A DNA stretch of 64,000 nucleotides from positions 704,001 through 768,000 of the forward strand of contig CAWABA010000006.1 of NCBI GenBank assembly GCA_963780185.1, in the 5' to 3' direction. This DNA is from Candidatus Bathyarchaeota archaeon. Its GTDB lineage: Archaea; Thermoproteota; Bathyarchaeia; Bathyarchaeales; Bathycorpusculaceae. The notes beneath the pieces are model-generated. The model was given only the letters and a program-made list of their open reading frames with translations, searched no databases and was not told the DNA's origin. Position 1 is the first letter of the stretch. Each line of letters starts with the position of its first letter. Positions 20,445 to 30,054 of the stretch are shown here, one piece after another. Both the position numbers and the translations under genes were made by a program.

Positions 20445-22099
20445 AAGCCATTCACCAACCCTTTAAAGAAGGATGCTATCGGTCCAATCGCCAGAAACGG
20501 GAAGAAAGTAAGCACCACGAGTATAATGATGCTGGCAATCAAGACTACCGTGAATATCAAAGTGTCAGTTTTCAGACCCGAGGTTGTGCCGCCGCGTTTT
20601 CTGCCGATCATTGAACCTGAAAGAGCCAACAATATGAATATCGGAGCATAACGTCCGATGAGCATGACTATGGCGGTCGCTATGTTGAAGAACGGCGTGT
20701 TGGCTGAGCCGCCTAAGAAGTCTGAGCCGTTGTTGGCTGCGGCGCTGGTGAATTCCCAGAGGACCTGCGTGTACCCTACAGAGTTTCCACCCACCCCTAT
20801 CGCCGAGACCGCACCCGACGCGTAGGCGACTACGGTGGGAATAAGTATAATCATGGGGTGAATAAGGAAAGCAACCATCACAAGCTTAACGTCGCGGCCT
20901 GTGATTTTCATCCCTAAGTATTCAGGAGTTCTTCCAGACATTAAGCCGACGATGAACACCGTAATTATAATGTACATAACCATGTACATCAGGCCTACGC
21001 CTTTACCGCCGGGGATAGACTGGATAAACATGCCCAAGAACCCAGAAAGTATCGTCAAAGGATGGTTTCCCAGCAGCGCCGAGTTCAGCGAGCCTGTTGT
21101 GGCAACCGTTGTTGTGACGGTGTAAAAGCTGGACATAAATCCGCCGAATCTTACCTCTATGCCTGGCGCCACCAAAGGAAGAGCTGGAATAAATGCTAAC
21201 GCTAAGTTAACTCCAAAGAGAATGTAGGCACCCCAAAGCAATGGTCTGGACTCTGTTTTTTTGCCAATCATCTGGCCAAAAACGAAGATTAACGCTGTGG
21301 GGAGCAGAAGCATCAGGGAAATCATGAGAATGTTGCTGACGGGTGATGGATTCATGAATGGGTAGGCGGCGTTTGCACCATAAAATCCGCCTCCGTTTGT
21401 TCCTATTTGCATGATGGAGTCAAGAGAAGCCACTGGCCCGACAAAGATTGTTTGAGTTGCGCCCTCTACGGTTTTTACGACCGTGTAGCCGTTGAGGGTT
21501 TGGGGCACGCCTAAAGCGAGAAATATTATGGATGCGATGATGGTAAGCGGCAGGAAGATTCGGGTTATGGATCGGGTGAAGTCAACATAGAAGTTGCCCA
21601 TGTCTTTCGCGCCGTCAACCAGCCCTCGTATGAAAGCAATACCCATACATAGGCCTGTTATTGCCGATGTGAACATTAGCCACTGCAAAACGCTTATTTG
21701 GCTCAGGTACGAGAAAGCCGCTTCACCGCTATAGTGCTGCAGATCCGTGTTTGTTGTAAATGAGACTACTTGCATGAAAGCAAGGTCGGGTTTGATGCCT
21801 GTGAACCCCATGGGGTTAAGCGGTAAATTTCCCTGAAAAACCAGCACAAGAAAGCCAACAACCATCATAACGACGTTTAGCAGCAAGCCAGCGATGAAGT
21901 ACTGTTTCCACCCCATCGTCTGCTCAGTGTTTACACCAGTGATTCTGTAAATGAATTTCTCGATGGGACTGAAAATTTTGTCTAGACGACTTGGTTTTCG
22001 CTTAAAGACTGCTGTGAGGTAGGGCGCTATGAGCCAAGCTAAAAGTACTGTTACTCCAAGTATAAGTATGACTGACAGCACTTGAACTGCATCGATCAA
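20441..22099 (-). CDS. kdpA: K+-transporting ATPase subunit A
   Basis: SFTTNTDLQHYSGE, GTNGGGF, GRTPEYLG and SAAANNGS filter motifs. Confidence 0.95.
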   Translation of the reverse strand: MIDAVQVLSVILILGVTVLLAWLIAPYLTAVFKRKPSRLDKIFSPIEKFIYRITGVNTEQTMGWKQYFIAGLLLNVVMMVVGFLVLVFQGNLPLNPMGFTGIKPDLAFMQVVSFTTNTDLQHYSGEAAFSYLSQISVLQWLMFTSAITGLCMGIAFIRGLVDGAKDMGNFYVDFTRSITRIFLPLTIIASIIFLALGVPQTLNGYTVVKTVEGATQTIFVGPVASLDSIMQIGTNGGGFYGANAAYPFMNPSPVSNILMISLMLLLPTALIFVFGQMIGKKTESRPLLWGAYILFGVNLALAFIPALPLVAPGIEVRFGGFMSSFYTVTTTVATTGSLNSALLGNHPLTILSGFLGMFIQSIPGGKGVGLMYMVMYIIITVFIVGLMSGRTPEYLGMKITGRDVKLVMVAFLIHPMIILIPTVVAYASGAVSAIGVGGNSVGYTQVLWEFTSAAANNGSDFLGGSANTPFFNIATAIVMLIGRYAPIFILLALSGSMIGRKRGGTTSGLKTDTLIFTVVLIASIIILVVLTFFPFLAIGPIASFFKGLVNGF

Positions 22100-22152
22100 T
22101 TAATCCGAAACTCCAAATCGCATTTTTGTTCACTATGGCTCCCTATCTCCAA

Positions 22153-22440
22153 CTAAGCAGCTGATGCAATTTTGGTTTTTTCCTGGCACCTTGGTCCTTT
22201 GCAAGGATGCAAGATAACGGTGACTATGGTGCTTTTTACACCTTTAATTTTCATAATTTGCTTCTGGAGAATGTCTCGAAATTCCTCAATCGTTTGAGTG
22301 CAAACTAGAGTTACGATGTCATATTCGCCTGCAACTTCGTAGACTTCTTCAATGTTTTGAAGTTTTGACAAAGCAAATATTACGGAGTCAATTTGCGATG
22401 TGTCAGCGAAAATGTTGACTGAAGCTAAGAAACGGCTCAT
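22153..22440 (-). CDS. Stand-alone Lrp/AsnC ligand-binding domain protein (paralog of 17305-17592)
   Basis: VYEVAGEYDIV...IKGVKST; both paralogs end in KGPxC. Confidence 0.85.
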   Translation of the reverse strand: MSRFLASVNIFADTSQIDSVIFALSKLQNIEEVYEVAGEYDIVTLVCTQTIEEFRDILQKQIMKIKGVKSTIVTVILHPCKGPRCQEKTKIASAA

Positions 22441-22519
22441 TTTACGCCGCCTCCATCAACACAACAGAACACACCAAAACACAATAAAGGTTTAGCATAT
22501 TTATCTAAATCCGAGGAGC

Positions 22520-22615
22520 TTAGCGAACCTCTTTCAGGTCGTTTTCGATTAAGAAGGCTGAAAAATCAACGGCTTCTATTACATTATCCGAGATTTCTGA
22601 TTTGGGATATTGCAT
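22520..22615 (-). CDS. Putative 31-aa small ORF
   Basis: MQYPKSEISDNVIEAVDFSAFLIENDLKEVR; first ORF downstream of motif copy 2. Confidence 0.35.
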   Translation of the reverse strand: MQYPKSEISDNVIEAVDFSAFLIENDLKEVR

Positions 22616-22663
22616 TTAAAGGCCTTCTTTTTCTCCTTTTAACCATAGGGTATGGATGCTGTT

Positions 22664-22691
22664 ATATAAGGTTAATTGTGATTTGTTCATA
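22664..22691 (-). promoter_or_regulatory. TATA box plus operator, copy 2 (upstream of Lrp-domain/kdpABC genes)
   Basis: ATATAA-ggttaa-TTGTGA-tttgt-TCATA. Confidence 0.65.
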
Positions 22692-23050
22692 CTTCTTAAT
22701 AATGAGTGAACATTTTATCAAAATTTTTTGGAAAAGTTAGAAAAAAAGCATTAAAAAAATGAACAGTCTTGAAAATCCGTACTCCGAGCCTCCTGAATAG
22801 ATGAACAAAAACATATTTTTGCAACAAATTATTCGCCGTATTTAACAGAAATCAATCATATATTTCAGCAGTTGTCCAACTTGCCACCGCGATCTTCAAC
22901 AAACCCATTCGACAAGTACCATTTTGACAAATTTCATTCAAAAATGGTTACTATCTTTAGGCAAATTTAAGAAAAAAGGAGTTTATAGCAAGTTGTCAAA
23001 CTTGCAAATTCATTTGAACCTTTTGAAGGTATTGTTTGCTCTTTCAACGT

Positions 23051-24553
23051 CTATGTTCCTTTGCCGCCTGGGAAGGGGAAGATGCCTGATTCTTTGCTTC
23101 TTGAGTTCAGCGCGAAGTAAGCAATTCCAACCGCCATCCAAATCGCTGCTATACCCACTGCAACGAGTGCTGCCCACTGTGTGTCGCCTCCGCCTATGAA
23201 GCCCAGCCATACCACTGCAATCAACATGACCACGTTTGCTGCGAAGCCTGCGATGGGAATTATGTATTTGGTCAGGATAGAGCGGCGTTCCTTAGATAGC
23301 GCGTAGACTGCTATGACGCAAGTTACTCCGTACAGCAGGAAAGTTCCGAAGTTGGATAGCAACGTGATAGCGGTCAAGTTTCTTAGTGAAAGGACACCGA
23401 AGGCACCGATTCCAGCGGAGACAAGAGTCATCACCCATACACCGATTGCGGGTGTGCCGTATCTTGGGTTGAGTTTTCCGAGCGCTTCAGGAACCTCAGT
23501 ATCGCGGCTAATGGCATATGTTACTCTTACACCCGTGTTCATGCATGACAACGTTGTGCCAAGTATCGCCACTGCAACGACCGCTGCTACGACAAGCATT
23601 ATGATGAAGCCGCCACCGCCGAACAAGCCGTTAATCGATTGGATGATCATGTCGCCTATTGGAGAGTTGGAAGCTGCTGCCGCGCCAAACGTGTATTTCG
23701 AGTTGATCCATGCCTGCATTCCGTAGTATTCCAGTAGGTAGCAGAACGCGCCCTGAATGACGAGCGAGAGTATAATTGCTTTTGGAACATCTCGGGGGTT
23801 TTTGGCTTCAGCAGTTAATGCTGTTACAGATTCGAAACCCACTAGGACGAGTATGGCGATTGTAGCTTGAAACAGCATGTGACTTGCACTGCTCGGAATT
23901 ATTACGCTCGCGGGGTTTTTGAAATAAAATGACACATGGTCAGGGTTTATGAAACGGTAAGCCAACGCGACACCTGTCACACCGATAAGCATGCCGATTT
24001 GCGCGATGTTGATCATGAGGTTTGTTTTTGTTGAGCCGTTGATTCCTCTGAAAGCAATGAAGCCGACAAGGACAGCGAAGGCAATGACGATTGCAACTTC
24101 AGTTAGCGGCGAGATTGCGATGCCGACGGTTGATAGTATGTACGTTATGAAGAAGCCCATCATGCCCACCATGACACCTGGATAAACCCAGTAGTAAAGG
24201 TGGGAAAGCCAGCCTACGATGAACTTTGCGTTTCGGGCGGTTTTGTTGCTGCTGCCTCTGTCAAGCAGGGCACGTTGGGCAAAGTAGTATGAGCTGCCTG
24301 CGCCAGCGTCTGGGTAGCGACGGGAGAGCCATGAGTAGGAAGCGGCGGTTAAGAAAGACAGTACCAAAGCTAAGAACAAGCCTGTCCATATGTCGGGAGC
24401 TGTGGAGGCTCCTCCGGGTGCAACTTGGGCTGCCTGCAGTTCGAAGGTGAGCCACAGGAAAGCACCCGGCGCTATGAGCGCCATGGCGTTGATGGTTAAC
24501 CCCATGAGGCTGAGGGTCTTTTTCATTTCAGGTGCGCTGTTTTCAGTTGCCAC
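23051..24553 (-). CDS. APC-family permease (amino acid or possibly K+ transporter)
   Basis: About 12 TM; YP.AGAGSSY, LVGFES...EAKNPRDVPKAI, R..YAISRD..P motifs. Confidence 0.85.
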   Translation of the reverse strand: MATENSAPEMKKTLSLMGLTINAMALIAPGAFLWLTFELQAAQVAPGGASTAPDIWTGLFLALVLSFLTAASYSWLSRRYPDAGAGSSYYFAQRALLDRGSSNKTARNAKFIVGWLSHLYYWVYPGVMVGMMGFFITYILSTVGIAISPLTEVAIVIAFAVLVGFIAFRGINGSTKTNLMINIAQIGMLIGVTGVALAYRFINPDHVSFYFKNPASVIIPSSASHMLFQATIAILVLVGFESVTALTAEAKNPRDVPKAIILSLVIQGAFCYLLEYYGMQAWINSKYTFGAAAASNSPIGDMIIQSINGLFGGGGFIIMLVVAAVVAVAILGTTLSCMNTGVRVTYAISRDTEVPEALGKLNPRYGTPAIGVWVMTLVSAGIGAFGVLSLRNLTAITLLSNFGTFLLYGVTCVIAVYALSKERRSILTKYIIPIAGFAANVVMLIAVVWLGFIGGGDTQWAALVAVGIAAIWMAVGIAYFALNSRSKESGIFPFPGGKGT

Positions 24554-24663
24554 TAGGTTACCCCCATGATTCTTTTCTGGTAGATGCTGTGGGGTTGTCT
24601 TTGAGCGTCAAGAATAACCAATTCTTCAATGTTGCGTTTAGTCCCTTTGGTAACTTTTCTCAA
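24553..24663 (-). CDS. Putative 36-aa leader ORF translationally coupled to the APC permease
   Basis: TTG-start MRKVTKGTKRNIEELVILDAQRQPHSIYQKRIMGVT; GGTG SD; its TAG overlaps the permease GTG (TAGTG). Confidence 0.45.
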   Translation of the reverse strand: MRKVTKGTKRNIEELVILDAQRQPHSIYQKRIMGVT

Positions 24664-24706
24664 ATGTAACACCAATTCAAGTTTAGCAACTAAACCGTTC
24701 AATCAA

Positions 24707-24734
24707 ATATAAATGTAGTTAATACTTGTTCATA
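24707..24734 (-). promoter_or_regulatory. TATA box plus operator, copy 3
   Basis: ATATAA-atgtag-TTAATA-cttgt-TCATA(A). Confidence 0.6.
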
Positions 24735-24820
24735 ACTCTTATGAAAAACTGAAGAAACATACAGCAAAACAGTAAACTCCTCAACAAATAGAAAACAGAG
24801 CGCAGTTTGAAACAAATCGG

Positions 24821-25735
24821 CTAAAACCGACCTAACACCAAACCTATCGCAAAACTAAGCAACGGCGCAATAACCCAACCCAAAACAATCACAAGAAACG
24901 GCTTAAGCGAAACAAACTTAGATTTATACGATACGCCCGCTCCGAAAACCGCCGCCGAAAGCGCCTGCGTGTTAGACAACGGAATATTCAACAAAGTAGC
25001 CGCCTCCACGAGAACCGTAGAAGTCAAAAGAGTCGCCGTCGCGTTTGGATAACGCATAAGAAAAAGCTCCTCAGAAACCCTGCGAATCTCACCCGCGCTC
25101 AAAAAAAAGGCGCCCACAAAGATTGCGACGACCGCAAAAGCAACCATCGGCCAGTCAAACCCGCCTGTGGCAACTATTAAGCCAAGGGTGTTTGCGCCCA
25201 ACACGTATGAGGTTGAAAGGGCCAAAATTATGAGCAAAATCTTGTAAATCTGCAATCGGCGCCAAAAATTCTTTGGCTTACTCCTGTTGATGAAGCGGAT
25301 AAGGTAAAACGACAGTGCTATGGCGATGAGGGGTGCCGCAACCCACATGAATGCAACCTCGGCAACGTAGACCCCGTTTGTAAAAGTACCTTCGGCAACA
25401 GATAAGCCTGCAAGCATGCCCACGAGAGACATGCTTACTGACATGGGTGCCCTAATCAAGTCGGCGATGACAAAAATCAAGATGGCAACCAGCAAGGCTT
25501 CAGCCCGAAACTGCAGGGCACCGCTTGGCAACAGTACATTAACGGTTTTTGTCATTCCTGCGCCTTGAACCAGAAGCCCGACAGAAAATCCGACGGCGCC
25601 AAGCATCATCCCGAACCGCTTAGTTATGATTCTGGAGCCGACCGCGGGGCCAACGCAAGCGGATAGGTTGTTGCCTGAAACCAGCATTACCGCGATGAAT
25701 GTTAATACAAAGAGTCCTATTGAGAGCCACAGCAT
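24821..25735 (-). CDS. PiT-family inorganic phosphate transporter
   Basis: SGNNLSACVGPAVGS and LGANTLG repeats, IPLSNTQ; paired with DUF47. Confidence 0.82.
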   Translation of the reverse strand: MLWLSIGLFVLTFIAVMLVSGNNLSACVGPAVGSRIITKRFGMMLGAVGFSVGLLVQGAGMTKTVNVLLPSGALQFRAEALLVAILIFVIADLIRAPMSVSMSLVGMLAGLSVAEGTFTNGVYVAEVAFMWVAAPLIAIALSFYLIRFINRSKPKNFWRRLQIYKILLIILALSTSYVLGANTLGLIVATGGFDWPMVAFAVVAIFVGAFFLSAGEIRRVSEELFLMRYPNATATLLTSTVLVEAATLLNIPLSNTQALSAAVFGAGVSYKSKFVSLKPFLVIVLGWVIAPLLSFAIGLVLGRF

Positions 25736-25742
25736 CTACGGG

Positions 25743-26414
25743 TCACTTAAGTATTGAAGTAACAACTGCAACAATGAGGTCGGAAAAATCTTCACATGAA
25801 TCAAGAATATCGTCGCATTTATGCAAAAGCTCCTGGTAATGGTGAAACTCCAGATAATGCAGGTTCGGCGTTATGCTGTAAAGCCTGTCGAAACCCAAGT
25901 CCTTGATGTCGTCACCCTTCTCCTCCAGCGTCTCGATTTCTTTTCGGAGTGCCAAAATCTCTGCGATGCTGGATGAGGAAAGCAGCTGTTTAAGCTTTGA
26001 GTGTGATTCCGATGCAAGCGCCAGCATGTTCGAATAGACTGAGTCCCAATCTGCATGGTGCATTTGAAAACCTGAGGCGTAGGCTTTTGACATTCGGGCA
26101 AGTTCTCTGCCGATGTAATAGTAGGTGTCCACGGTGTCGTCAGCCGTCTGGATAGATTCTAGGAGGCTGTCAATAACGTTGGGGCTGATGGCGCCGCCTG
26201 TTACGTCTTCGCTTATTTTAAAGGCAACCTCGTCGGATTTTTTTTCAAGCTGCTGCACGCTATGCAAGGCTTCAATTAATTCTTTTTCCTTGTAGTCTGC
26301 CTTGAACATGCCTGAAACGATTTTGTTGGATTCGACGGCGATGTCAACTATTTGCGACAGTTCGCTGAAAATGTTTTTTTCTCCAAGAACCAGGATGCCT
26401 TTGATGCTCTTCAA
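25743..26414 (-). CDS. DUF47 / PhoU-like PiT accessory protein
   Basis: Repeated LEKKSD / LEEKGD helical motifs and DDILDSCED. Confidence 0.85.
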   Translation of the reverse strand: MKSIKGILVLGEKNIFSELSQIVDIAVESNKIVSGMFKADYKEKELIEALHSVQQLEKKSDEVAFKISEDVTGGAISPNVIDSLLESIQTADDTVDTYYYIGRELARMSKAYASGFQMHHADWDSVYSNMLALASESHSKLKQLLSSSSIAEILALRKEIETLEEKGDDIKDLGFDRLYSITPNLHYLEFHHYQELLHKCDDILDSCEDFSDLIVAVVTSILK

Positions 26415-26532
26415 CCGAAACGCCTCTCCGGTAAAACAATGAAAGCTAAGTCATATTAAACTTTACAATCTCAGCGAATACGATGTTGAGTAAAAAAGAT
26501 TCTCATATCAGAAAATCAAACGAAGAATAAGA

Positions 26533-27015
26533 CTAAATCACTTTGGTGTATTCTTTCACGGCGTTGAGGGCAACCAGCGTGGTGGTTCTTTTGATGAATC
26601 GTTCGGTTAAGAGCTTCTTTAAGAAAGCGTTAAGGCTCGGGTTGTCTTGAAACTTGGCGAAGACGACCGCGTCGTACTCACCAGTTATGTCATAAACGGA
26701 TTCCACATTGTTTTCTTGGGCTATTTCGGTTTCCACTTCCCGGATATGCCCGCCTTCGATCTGGATCATGATTATCGCTGTGAGAGCGTACCCCATTTTT
26801 GCCCTGTCAACGATGGGTATGTACCCGAGTATTACGCCTTCATGCTCGAGGGCTTCAAGGTGCTTGTGCAGAATGTTTGGAGTCACTCCGACTTTTTGGG
26901 CTAGCTTACGTAGACTTAGACGGGAATCGTCTTCGAGTGCGCGTATAATTTGCATATCGACGGAGTCTAACATGTTTTTTGGGCTTTTTTTGGTTGTTAG
27001 GCCCAAATTTCTCAC
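26533..27015 (-). CDS. Lrp/AsnC-family transcriptional regulator (full length)
   Basis: LDSVDMQII.AL.DDSRLS HTH and VYDITGEYD ligand domain. Confidence 0.92.
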   Translation of the reverse strand: MRNLGLTTKKSPKNMLDSVDMQIIRALEDDSRLSLRKLAQKVGVTPNILHKHLEALEHEGVILGYIPIVDRAKMGYALTAIIMIQIEGGHIREVETEIAQENNVESVYDITGEYDAVVFAKFQDNPSLNAFLKKLLTERFIKRTTTLVALNAVKEYTKVI

Positions 27016-27319
27016 GCCCCAAACGGTTACTTGACGTTTGTTTAGTTAATCAAGGAATATATAAACATCACCGCATTAAAATTGAAATAATGTAAACATT
27101 GGTTGGAGAACCCGACTGTCGAAATAGACAATCGATGTATTGACACTTAACGAATGTGCAAGCTCTGAAGCTACCAGAAAACATAGGACAACGCATGATG
27201 GTTGGCAAGGCAATCAATGGCTATAATGCTGCAACATTTGTTTGCGCGCACAGAATAACCTTATAAATCCTACCGTTAAGTAGAGTAGCTCATTCAACCC
27301 CTAGAATCGTTAAAACCTG

Positions 27320-28816
27320 ATGAATCGCATGGAAAACAACAGCATAGATGTAGTCTTAACCTCTGACAGAACCCTAATGAGCAACTACCACAACAACCAA
27401 TTCTTAGGATTCGGCACCTGCGCCCCCTCCAACTTCATTCCAGACGCACTTTACAGCTACCTGTTTTTTCCGCCGATAAAAACCAACCAAGGGTTACCGA
27501 CTGCTGCACCATACGGCTTAAGAAAAATTGAAGCTCAACTGCTAAAAGAAGGCTTCAACGTTCTGACGGTTAGCCCAGAGCACCTTCAGAATTATTTGAA
27601 GGGAGCAAAAGTAATCGGCATCCACACTATGGACCCATTCGGGTTCGGTCCAGCTTCAACTACTCTTGCCGCACTTTTCCAAAAAGAACCCTTCTTAGCA
27701 ACACACTTCCGCAACTTGATTACCAGCCCCATCATCAGGGAAGCAAAACATAACGGAGCAAAAATCATTGTAGGCGGTCCCGGCGCATGGCAATTCCGTT
27801 ACAGACCCCAGCTTGTCGAGAAAAAAATCATCGACTGCGTTGTGGAAGGGGAATCCGAAAACATAATCGGGAAACTCTTTAAATCCGCCTTAGACGGCGA
27901 GCAGCTACCGCCGCTCTTTGAAGTCCCAGCTAAAGACGTCCCCAAGTTAGAAGAGATACCTGACATTGTGAATCCGTCTGTAAACGGCTTAGTTGAGCTT
28001 GGACGGGGCTGCTGCAGAGGATGCGAATTCTGCAACGTTACGCTAAGACCCTTACGCTGGTACCCCCTTGACAAGATAGTTCGGGAGGTGGCGGTTAACG
28101 TGCAAGGCAAACAGAGGGTTATCTGCCTGCATTCTGAAGACGTCATGCTGTACGGTTCACAAAACGCCGTGCCAAACGACGAAAAACTCATCCAACTTCA
28201 TGAAAACGTGATGAGCAAAGTGAACACGGTAAGTTGGAGCCACTGTTCACTCGCCGCCGTAGCGTCAAAACCGCAGCTCGTCGCCAAACTCTCAGAAATC
28301 ATACTTCAGAAGCAAGCTTGGTGGGGAGCCGAAATCGGCCTCGAAACAGGTTCAGCCCAACTTGCAAAAAGAATTATGCCTGCCAAAGCTTTCCCGTTTA
28401 AACCCGAGGAGTGGCCTCAAGTTGCCCGCCAAGGATTCGGCATAATGCATGACCACAAGCTGATTCCCGCAGCAACACTTATCGTTGGTCTTCCCGAAGA
28501 AACAGAAGACGACATCACAAAAACACTCGAGTTGCTGGACGACGTTAAAGATTGCCGAAGCCTAATCGTGCCCCTGTTCTTTGTTCCGCTGGGCAGATTG
28601 AAAAACAAGGATTGGTTCCGTGAAACTCAGGTTAACAAGCTTCACGAGGAACTTATGTTCAAATGCGCTGAACACAGCCTTCGCTGGGTAGACAACCTGA
28701 TTGACATGTCATTCAGGGATAAGGGGTATCGGGCTCCGATCAAACAAGCTTACAAGATTTTCGCAGGATTAATAAAACGTCAAATAAGACGCGTAGAAAC
28801 CACGACTCTGCCGTAG
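27320..28816 (+). CDS. B12-binding-like radical SAM protein, Grs/Gms-like family (paralog 2)
   Basis: Collinear with and highly similar to 9412-10872; CCRGCEFC. Confidence 0.8.
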   Translation: MNRMENNSIDVVLTSDRTLMSNYHNNQFLGFGTCAPSNFIPDALYSYLFFPPIKTNQGLPTAAPYGLRKIEAQLLKEGFNVLTVSPEHLQNYLKGAKVIGIHTMDPFGFGPASTTLAALFQKEPFLATHFRNLITSPIIREAKHNGAKIIVGGPGAWQFRYRPQLVEKKIIDCVVEGESENIIGKLFKSALDGEQLPPLFEVPAKDVPKLEEIPDIVNPSVNGLVELGRGCCRGCEFCNVTLRPLRWYPLDKIVREVAVNVQGKQRVICLHSEDVMLYGSQNAVPNDEKLIQLHENVMSKVNTVSWSHCSLAAVASKPQLVAKLSEIILQKQAWWGAEIGLETGSAQLAKRIMPAKAFPFKPEEWPQVARQGFGIMHDHKLIPAATLIVGLPEETEDDITKTLELLDDVKDCRSLIVPLFFVPLGRLKNKDWFRETQVNKLHEELMFKCAEHSLRWVDNLIDMSFRDKGYRAPIKQAYKIFAGLIKRQIRRVETTTLP

Positions 28817-28930
28817 GAAATCTACTTTTCCAGAAAGACGCTTGCAATCGTATATCGGCAAATTCCTTTAAATCGCCCTTGCAACTTTAATAATTTCATC
28901 CTAATTCAGTTCAACACGAGGCGCAATGGA

Positions 28931-29641
28931 TTGTCAAGCAATTTTGACGTAAAAGTGGAAGACAAACGCAGTGTCAAAGTAATCAAGAATGGACCCTACT
29001 TCGTTTCAGGACCCATCCCCCTGTCCCCCATGACAATAGAGTGCGACGGAAAAGGCACCCCGGTTAAGTGGGCCATAGACGACAAATTAAGCACCCCCCA
29101 AAATTACCTACTCTGCCGATGCGGACAATCAGCCAAGAAGCCGTTTTGCGACGGCAGCCACTTAAGAGTCAACTTTGACGGCACAGAAACAAGCGAAAAT
29201 GAACCTTACGAAAAGTTGGCGCAGGAAATCGACGGCCCAGAAGTGAAGCTTTACGATGCGGTGCTGCTTTGCGCTTCAGCCCGTTTTTGCCACAGAGGCG
29301 GAGACATCTGGGATGTAATCCACCGCACAGACATGCCTGAGGCAAAGAAAAACGTCATCGAAAACTGCTCAGACTGCCCGTCGGGAAGGCTCGTGGCACA
29401 TGACAAGAAAACCGGGAAGAATGTTGAGCCAGTTTTAGACAAATCAATCGGCGCCATAGAAGACCCCGCTATCGGAACAAGTGGGCCGTTTTGGGTTCGC
29501 GGCGGAATCCCCGTTTACTCTGCAAACGGAAAACTCTATGAAACACGGAACCGCGTGACGCTTTGCCGATGTGGGAAATCTACTAACAAACCGTTTTGCG
29601 ACAGCAGCCATTATCCAGAAGAGGATAGGGAGGTGAAATGA
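28931..29641 (+). CDS. CDGSH iron-sulfur domain protein (two CDGSH domains flanking a Cys-containing central domain)
   Basis: LCRCGQSAKKPFCDGSH and LCRCGKSTNKPFCDSSH; central LCASARFC...CPSGRL. Confidence 0.92.
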   Translation: MSSNFDVKVEDKRSVKVIKNGPYFVSGPIPLSPMTIECDGKGTPVKWAIDDKLSTPQNYLLCRCGQSAKKPFCDGSHLRVNFDGTETSENEPYEKLAQEIDGPEVKLYDAVLLCASARFCHRGGDIWDVIHRTDMPEAKKNVIENCSDCPSGRLVAHDKKTGKNVEPVLDKSIGAIEDPAIGTSGPFWVRGGIPVYSANGKLYETRNRVTLCRCGKSTNKPFCDSSHYPEEDREVK

Positions 29642-29947
29642 ATGGCAGACGACAATTTTGAGCGAACAGTACAGGCTAAAGAGAAGGCGTATGTGCTCTT
29701 TTACGCTTCATGGTGCCATTTTTCACAGGCGTTCCTGCCAATATTCAAAGAATACGCGAAACGGCACCCTGATGAATGCATGAGCGTTGTGATTGACGAT
29801 AAACCAGACCTATGCGACAAATACTCAATCGACTACTACCCCACAGTGCTGCTTTTCAAGAAAGGCAAGGTTGACAAGCGGCTTGACGCTGAGCCAGGCG
29901 AAGGATTAACAAAAAAGCAGCTCATGCAGCTTATAGAGACCGCCTAA
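29642..29947 (+). CDS. Thioredoxin-fold protein with CxxS active site
   Basis: FYASWCHFS and YSIDYYPTVLLFKKG (cis-Pro loop). Confidence 0.85.
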   Translation: MADDNFERTVQAKEKAYVLFYASWCHFSQAFLPIFKEYAKRHPDECMSVVIDDKPDLCDKYSIDYYPTVLLFKKGKVDKRLDAEPGEGLTKKQLMQLIETA

Positions 29948-30054
29948 ACCGCCCTTTAAGAAGAAAATGCGCGCAAAGTTTCTTCGCTCGTTTTGCTAGC
30001 TTGATGGAAAAAACCCATATATCCCATGGTAATCCATCAGAGACATGTGACTTG

